In this document: piece by piece, positions 20,880-29,800 of the stretch
Position numbering within the stretch: position 1 is the stretch's first letter
Layout: the number at the start of each line of letters is the position of its first letter
Source: an uncultured Prolixibacteraceae bacterium
GTDB lineage: Bacteria; Bacteroidota; Bacteroidia; Bacteroidales; FEN-979
DNA: 64,000 bases
Reading direction: 5' to 3'
Assembly: GCA_964525995.1 (NCBI GenBank)
Contig: CAZGIM010000012.1
Span: 3,636 to 67,635 of the forward strand
Translations under genes and position numbers: made by a program
Notes under the pieces: model-generated
Seen by the model: the letters and a program-made list of their open reading frames with translations, nothing else
Database searches by the model: none
What the model was told of the DNA's origin: nothing

Positions 20880-23800
20880 TTACTGTTTCACGATCCTGAA
20901 AATATGTACCTCTTCACCCGACAGGATGCGGAGGATATAAATTCCCCCGGGGTAACCCCCGATTGAAACTTTAAAATCGCGACTATTGCTTAGTTTTTCT
21001 GATTGAATCCGTTCACCTCTCATGGAATAGATCTCAATCCGTGATCCTTCGTCAAGGTCGTTTCCCGAATATTCAATATTGAAAATTCCTGTTGTGGGAT
21101 TGGGGTATATCTTAAACTTCGACACCGGAATTTCTGTCAACGGAGGTTCAACGGCAGTAGGTACCGTGACCATCGTGGGCGCACTCATTCCACAATAGAT
21201 GCCATTGGTAGTTATATATCCATGTAGTGAACCTCCCTGTTCTACCGTAGTTCCCGGTAAAAAAAGAATATTCTTACCGGCGATAAACGTGGCAGCACCA
21301 CCGGAATGCACTATAAAGTAAGTACCGTAGCCGGCTACTGTGATGGTTTGTACCGCATCATAACATTCGTTCTGACCTGGTCCGATCTGGATATTCTGTA
21401 CTGTCACCACAGCCGGCGGCAATACTTTAACAGCATATATGACCGGCGCAACCGTACGACATCCCGAGGCGTTCACAACCTCCAGGCTGACATTCTGGTT
21501 TCCGGTTGCACCCCAGCTCACCTGGATTGCCTGGGTACCTGCGCCGCCAATAATGATACCTCCAGCTGATACCGACCAGTTATAGGAGATCATTCCGGCG
21601 TCAGCCGTATAAAGTACCGTACTTCCGACTGTAATTATTGAAGGTCCTGATATAACAGGTGCCGGAGTAGGTAGAACCGTTACCGTTTTTGGTGTCGGAA
21701 ATTCAGCCCTGCATCCTCCCGGAGTCGTATAATTAACCGTTAAACCTGAGAAGCCCGGAGTTTGCCATACCACCGTGATGGCGCTGGTTCCCTGTCCTCC
21801 TGTTATGATGCCCCCCGGTAAGATGGTCCATTGGTAATTGCTCATTCCCGCCTCGGTACTATACATCACAGCCGAAGAGGCACAGGGTGATGAGGGTCCC
21901 GCGATGGTGGGTACCGGAGGTGTCGACACTGAAACCGGCAATACCGTGGGAACTGCTGTCGGGCATCCCTGAACATCGCGGTAGCCAACTGCAACCGATT
22001 GGGATCCTGTTGTATTCCACCTGACGAAAACCGAATTGGTATTTTCACCCGAAAGGATGGTTCCGCCCTGGGTGACCGACCAACTGTACTGACTCATTCC
22101 GGCTTCGGTAGTATAATTGAATACACCTCCTGTACAGGGATTCAAAGAGCCGTTGATGGAAGGAACGGGCAATGGATTTACCGCTACATTTTTAACGGTT
22201 TGATTGGCCGCCTGACATCCCAGAGTATTGGTATAATTTACCGTCAGGGTTTGTGTTCCCGAAGTGATCCAAGATACCGTAACAGTTTGTGTTCCATTTC
22301 CTGCCGTGATGGTACCTCCCGAAGAGATAATCCAATTGTAGTTCGTCATGCCCGGATCGGTATAATAAACCACTCCCGAAGATCCTTCACAAACCGACGA
22401 AGGCCCTGTGATCACAGGTGCGGGCAGCGGGGAAACCGTAACCGGAAATGCGGCCGGGGTCAGTGCCTGACAACCGGTTTGAGGGTTGGCATAATTCACC
22501 ATTACCATTCTGAATCCGGGTTGGTTCCATCTCACCTGAATTGTAGCAGTGCCTATCCCCGATGTAATCGTGCCACCACTACCGACACTCCAGTTATAAA
22601 GCGACATCCCGGCTTGCGTAGCGTACGTCGCGGTCTGATCCAGACAAACCTGTGAAGACCCAGAAATCGTAGGAATCACAAGTGGATTGACATAGACGGT
22701 TTTCATCGTTGGTGTGGCGGGAGCACATCCATGTTGATTGAGATAGGTGACCGTTACTGTCTGGACTCCCGGGGTGTTCCAGGTAACTAAAATGGAATTG
22801 GTATTCTGCCCCCCGGTGATGGTACCACCGGTAGAAACCGACCAGGTATATCCCGTCATGCCCGGATCGGTGTTATAAACCATCCCTCCCACACCCGGAC
22901 AAACGTTAACCGGACCGGTCAGAAGCGGTACCGGCAATGGATATACCACCATAGCAACGGGTCCCGATGTTGCAGGATTTCCGGAGAGACAGGGAGAAGG
23001 CAGGCTCGAAGTAAGCACACAGGTCACCACATCGTTTGCTGCCGGAACATAACTGAATACAGCCTGGTTCGTTCCAACATCCGATCCGTTGACCCTCCAT
23101 TGATAAGCCGGATTCGTACCTCCGTTGACAGGATGTGCAGTAAACGTTACCAGGGTCCCGGCACAGATCATATTGGTTGAAGGGGTAATGCTTACGCTTA
23201 CCGGCGGATAATTGGAGCAGGTATCCTTCAGACATCGTACCGCCAACCCAAGCGACTTATTGTTGGGATTCCGGCCAGCTCCGGTTAGCGAGCCGGCTAA
23301 AAATCTTGTCCAGGCATTGGTGGTACTGTTCTGAGTTGAAGAATAAAAATATCCGAACTCCTTAAGGTTTCCGAAAGTGCCGTCGGTAAACCGCAAGCCG
23401 GCTCCTAAACCCGTGAATCCACTGGTGTTGACGGCCCCTGCATTGGGCGATGACCAGTGGGTGGTTCCCACTTCCTTCATCTTTCCTCCGGCAACACTTT
23501 CTCCGCCAAGATAGGAGGTCAGCACCGACCACTCTTCGTCGGTGGGTATATGCCATCCCGATGGACAGATCCCCTGAACTCCAGGTAAAGCAACATATTG
23601 CATCAATTCATTCCATTGATACAATCCGCCATAAACTGAACAATTGGATTCCAGGTCCAGGTAACAATATTTTTCAATGATCCCGTTGCTGGTCTGCTCC
23701 TGATTGCCATTGATACGTGTTCCGGCATCCAGGTTCTCCTTAAACCAGCACTGGTTGCCGATTTGCACAGTATGATAAGTTTTTCCCATATACGTGACTG

Positions 23801-26800
23801 TAGGAATGCCCTGACAGGGAACGCCATATAGGATACCCATAACAATTAGATTCGAGGTCGCCTGAGGATTGACAACACAATAAAAATTCGAAGTCACAGT
23901 ACAGACGATGGAATCATTTTCTGAAGGGACATAGGTGAAAGTTGGACTGTTGGTTCCGGCAATGATTCCATTCACCCGCCATTGGTAAACAGGATTGGTG
24001 CCCCCGTTCACCGTGGACGCAGTAAATGTTACGGCATTTCCGGTCAACACCGGATTTTGGGATACCACGATCGACGCCCCGACAACAACGGGCTGGGTTA
24101 TATTGACCGTTTTCAAGGGGCTGGAGGCGCTGCATCCGTAGCCATTGGTCACCAAGACCCGGAGCGTTCCCTGTGCCGGTCCCGGCCCCCCCCAGAAAAT
24201 GTTACAGGTTGACTGTGCCCCGCCGGAAAGGATTTGTGTACCAGAGGGTCCGGTTACCGTCCAGGAATAGGATGACATTCCGGGTTCTGTAAAATATATA
24301 TGCCCGCCGGTATTCTGACATACCAGATCGGTTGGATCAGAAAAACTTGTGATCGACGGTGTGGGCGCCGGGTGTACTGCCACCATAAGTGGTGTCGCAA
24401 CCGATGCCTGACAACCGTTTTCGTTCAGATAATTTACCGTGATGATCGGATTCCCGGGGTTCAGCCAGGTAATGGTAACTGATCGGGTTCCCTGTCCAGA
24501 GGTTATGATACCCTCGGATGTTACCGTCCAGAAATAGGAGGTCATTCCCGGTTCGGTGAAATATACATTACCTGTGGTATTCTGACATCCTGATGAAGCT
24601 CCCGTGATAACCGGTACCGGCAGGGAGTTGACTGTCATGGTGTGGGTGGTTGCTACTGCTGCGGTGCATCCGTTTGTGGTGGTGTAATTGATCCCGACCT
24701 GCTTCAGACCGGTTGTATTCCAGGTCACCGTAATAAAATCACTTTCAGCAGTTCCTCCGCCGGTCACAGTTCCATCGGGCGATACAGTCCAGGTGTAGTT
24801 ATTCTGCCCAGCCTGCGTGACAAAGGTATTACCGTCCGCTCCCTGGCAGGTTGTCGTAGGACCGCTGAGGGTCGGCACCGGCAACGAATGAACGGTCACG
24901 GAGTAAGTAGCCGGGAGCGTCGCAAGACAACCGGCAGTGTTCTGGTAATTTACGCTAACCCATTGCGAGCCCGGAGTATGCCATAACACCTCAATAGTAT
25001 TGGAATAGGCTGAAGGAGTCGTGATGATCGTACCGCCTTTTGAAATGGTCCATTGATATTGTATCATGCCCGGTTGCGTGGTGTATGTCGCCCGGGTTCC
25101 GGGACAAGTACCGGCAGTACCGGTGATGATCGGAGTGGGCGGACGGGCATTGATGGCCAGGTTGAACTGTGACGGAGTCGCGGCAGTACATCCATGTTGA
25201 TCGGTGTAGATGACAGATACCGACTGCAATCCTGCAGTATTCCAATATACAGTGACACTGTTGGTCCCCGAACCGGTAGTTATCACGCCATCGGCCGAGG
25301 CGCTCCAGATATAATCCGACATTCCGGTTGCGGTGTAAAATTCAGATCCCGGGCCTCCGGTACATCCATACTGCGGACCGCTGATCACCGGTACCGGCGG
25401 GGCATACACCGTAATATTTTTCACGGTAGGTGTTACGGCCTGACATCCTCCCATCGGATTGACATAGTTCACCGAAACTGTACCTGGTCCCGACTGGATC
25501 CATTTAACTGCGACACTATTGGTTCCCTGCCCGGATGTGATCAATCCCCCTGAACTCACCGTCCAGTCATACATCGCCATTCCGGGATCAGTTGAAAAAA
25601 CAACCGTTCCATTCAGGCACACCGTATCGGCTCCCGTAATGACCGGAAGCGGAGATTGGTAGACCTGGATCATTTTACTGCCGGGCACCAGCGTCGGACA
25701 ACCCTGGGCGTTGAGATAGGTGACGGATATGTTAAAGGTACCGACCGAGGACCACCGTATGCCAATCGTATTGGTTCCCGATCCGGAAATTATGGTTCCT
25801 CCCGCATCCAGATTCCAAATATAATTCGTCATTCCGGTAGCTGTGGAGTAATAGGTAGTCGTGCCGGTGCAAACCGGTGTTTGTCCTGAAATAACCGGTA
25901 CGGCAGCGGGTTGTACGGTAACCTGCTTTACGGCAGGCTGGGGTGCGTGACAACCCGACAGGTTGGTATAATTAACTGTCACACTCTGGGTTCCTGCTGT
26001 CGTCCAAGTGACTGCTATCGCACTGGTGCCCTGACCACCGGTGATCGTTCCACCCTGCACAATCCAGGTATATTCTGCCATTCCGGTCTCCGTAAAATAG
26101 ACCACTCCGGCGCTTCCCTGGCAGATTGATCCCAGGCCTGTAATAGTTGGCGCCGGCGAAGCATTGACGGTAACCGGTTTAACGGTTGGTATGGTCACTG
26201 TACATCCTAGGGCATCGTTGTAAATCACACCCACATTCCGGCTTCCGGCCGTGTTCCACAGCACCGTGATCTGGTTGGAACCCTGACCTGATACGATCGT
26301 TCCGCCACCCAAAGGCAAGGTCCACACATAATTGAGCATTCCGCTTTCGGTCGAATAAGTGCATGGAATCGATATACAGGCAGGATCAGGCCCGGTAATC
26401 GAAGGCACAATGGTGCTTTGTACCGAGACGGTCTTCGTTCCGGGCGCCGCGGCGACACAATTATTTTGGTCGGTATAGGTCACCGAAACGGTCTGTATCC
26501 CGGCAGTATTCCAGGTGACATTGACAGAACTGTTATTAACAGGACCCGCGATCACGCCTCCGGTCACCGACCAGTTATAACCGCTCATGCCTGTTTGAGT
26601 TGAGTAGATATTGTTGGTCGAATTGATACAAGCCGCCCCGGCTCCGGAAATTGTTGGAACAGGCAACGGATGAAGACTTATTTTCACTGCGTTGGTGTAT
26701 ACCGTTCCGCATCCATCGGAAGATATTTGTTTTTGCCGGAACCAGGTATTTACTGTAATGGGGCCTGGCTGGTACGACATCCCGGTTGATCCGGGTATAT

Positions 26801-29800
26801 CAACGAAAACGTCATTATCAACCGATGACTGCCATAAAAAACTGTAAGGTGGAACGCCTCCCCGGGGCTCCGTTGCCGAAATTCCGGATGGAGTGGAACC
26901 ATAGCAAACAGTCTGGCTTGAAGTCGTTGCTCCGGCAACCAACCGCGGTAAAACGGTAAAGTTAAAGGTGATGGGTTGTCCCGAACAGGTATTTTCTCCG
27001 TTAACTGACACAGGAGTCACTGTAATCACGGAAGTCACTGTGGTTGTTCCTGCATTGAGCGCTGTAAATGGCATGATATTGCCGCTGCCCGAAATCGGTA
27101 GCCCGATGGTCGGATTGGAGTTGGTCCAGTTGTAGGATGTGCCTGTTCCCGTAAAGGTTACGATCTGCGTTGTTCCCCTGTCACAAATTTCCTGACTGAT
27201 TACCGCATTGACAACAGGTGAGGGATAGACGGTATAGGTAAAACTTTTTGAAAGGCCGGTACAGGTTATCATGGGTCCCGCAGAAATTGAGGGAGTCACT
27301 GTGATAGTTGCCGTCATGGGTGTGGTCCCGGTATTGGTTGCCGTGAAGGTCCCGATATTCCCGGTACCACTCCCGGGGATGCCAATGTTCAGATTGGTAT
27401 TGGTCCAATTGAACACTGTACCGGGAACATCACTGGTGAAAGGCAGGGCTGTCGTTACTGAACCGTTACACGTCGTTTGATTGGCGATATCATCGACGAC
27501 AGGCTTTGGACTAATGGTCAGGGTAAACGTTACCGTTGATCCGGAACAGCTAAGTCCATCGGTAATTGATATGGGAGTGACTGAAAGGGTTGCAATGACC
27601 GGCGAACTTCCTGTATTGGTCGCAGTAAAGGTACCTATGTTGCCTGTTCCGGTCTCTGGTAATCCGATCGAAGGCTGATTATTAGTCCAGTCATAACTGT
27701 TACCTGTCCCTGAAAACGTTATGGCTGTAGTCGGTGCTTCGCTGCACACCGTTTGATTTTCAACCGGGTTAACCACCGGCAACGGATAAACCGTTGTCGT
27801 CAGGGTCCCGGCTGTGAGTGAGGTACATCCTGAAACGGTCGTGTAGTTAACGGTCACAGTTTGCGTTCCGGGTTGATTCCACTGTACCTGGATCGTGCTG
27901 GCATGGTTCGAGGGGTTGGTCAGGATCGTTCCTCCGGAAGAGACACTCCAACTATAGGTGGTCATTCCTGCAAGTGTGCTGTAGGCAACAACCGATCCCG
28001 CACACGCACCGGCCGGACCGCTGATCATCGGGTTTGCCGGCCGGGCATTGATGGTGATGTTGTAAGAGGATGGCGACGATGAACTGCATCCGTGTAAATC
28101 GGTGTAGCTCACATAAATTGTCTGTAATCCCGCGGCGCTCCAGGTTGCCGTCACGGTGCTGGTACCGCTAACAGGGGTTACAGTACCTCCAGTCGAAACA
28201 CCCCACGTATAATTGGTCATTCCCGGTTCCGTTGAAAAGGTATATCCACTCCCTTGTGTGCATCCAAATGCCGGTCCGCTGATTACAGGCACCGGTAGGG
28301 AATATATCGTAATATCTTTCACCTTTGCAGCCACCGCCTGGCATCCGCCCGACGGGTTTGTATAATTGACCGAAACAGTCCTTAATCCTGCCTGTGTCCA
28401 CTTCACCGTGATATTGCTGGTACCGGCACCCGAAAGAATGGTCCCCCCTGCTCCGACTGTCCAGGTGTATAAAGCCATTCCGGATTCCGTCGTGTAAGTA
28501 ACCGTTCCGTTAAGGCATACTGTATCGGCCCCCGAAATAGTGGGTTGCGGCGACTGGTTTACAGTCACTCCAAAAGCGCCGGCTGAAAGGGTCGGACAAC
28601 CCTGAGCGTTCAGGTAGGTCACGGTGACGGTATGAGAGCCGGTCACCGTCCAGGTAATACCAATGGAGTATGTCCCGGCTCCCGAAGTGATCGTTCCACC
28701 CGATCCCAGGTTCCAGACATAATTGGTCATCCCTGTCTGGGTCGTATAATAGTTCGTGGTTCCGGTACAGCCAATAGTTGGTCCCGTGATGGTTGGAGCC
28801 GCGGCCGGTTGTACCGTAACAGTTTTAATTGTTGCTTCCGACGCCCGACATCCGGCCGGATTGGTGTAGTTAACCGTAACGGTTTGCGTTCCGGCCGAAT
28901 TCCATGTAACGGAAATCGCACTGGTGTTGCCTCCTCCCGTAATTGCTCCCCCCGTAACACTCCAGGTGTATCCGGTCATTCCCTCCTCTGTAAAATAAAC
29001 CACTCCGGCGCTCCCCTGACAGATAGGGGTTGTTCCCGTGATGTGTGGATTCGGAGCAGTATGTACTGTAATGGGCATTACTGTTGGAGTCTTGGTTGTA
29101 CACTCTGACGCATCATTATAGATCACGCTCACACTCCGGTTTCCCGGTGTGCTCCAGTTTACGTTAATCCGGCTTGTTCCCTGTCCGGAAACGATGGTAC
29201 CGCCTCCCAGCGGCAACTCCCAGATATAATTGAGCATGCCGCTTTCGGTCGTGTATTCCGATTGACCGGATGTGCACGCCGGATCAGGACCATCGATGGT
29301 CGGGATGATAATATTTTGAACGGTTACAGTCTTAGTCGCAGGGGTCAGCGCAGTACAACCGTCAGGGGTGGTATAATTCAAACTCACCTGCTGCGATCCC
29401 AGCGTATTCCAGGTCACCGTGACGGTAGTGCTTGTGTATGTTCCTCCCGCTGTAATGATTCCTCCGACAACGCCCCATTGATAGTTGGTCATTCCTACTT
29501 CGGTACTGTAAACATTGTTGGTCGAATTGTAACAGGCGGCAGCCTGGCCACCAATGCCAATGACCGGCAGTGCACTTACCGATATCTTTACCGGATTGGT
29601 GTAAACCAATCCACAGCCGCCTGATGACGATTGTCTGACCCGGTACCACTGGTCAGCAGTCACCGGTCCCGGTTGATAGGTCATGGATGATGCGCCACCA
29701 ATAGCGGTAAATTCAGTTCCGTTGGTTGATATTTCCCAATCGTACAGGTATGGCGGAACCCCGCCGCTCAAAGCGGTTGTGGTCAGCAATTCCGGCGCCA

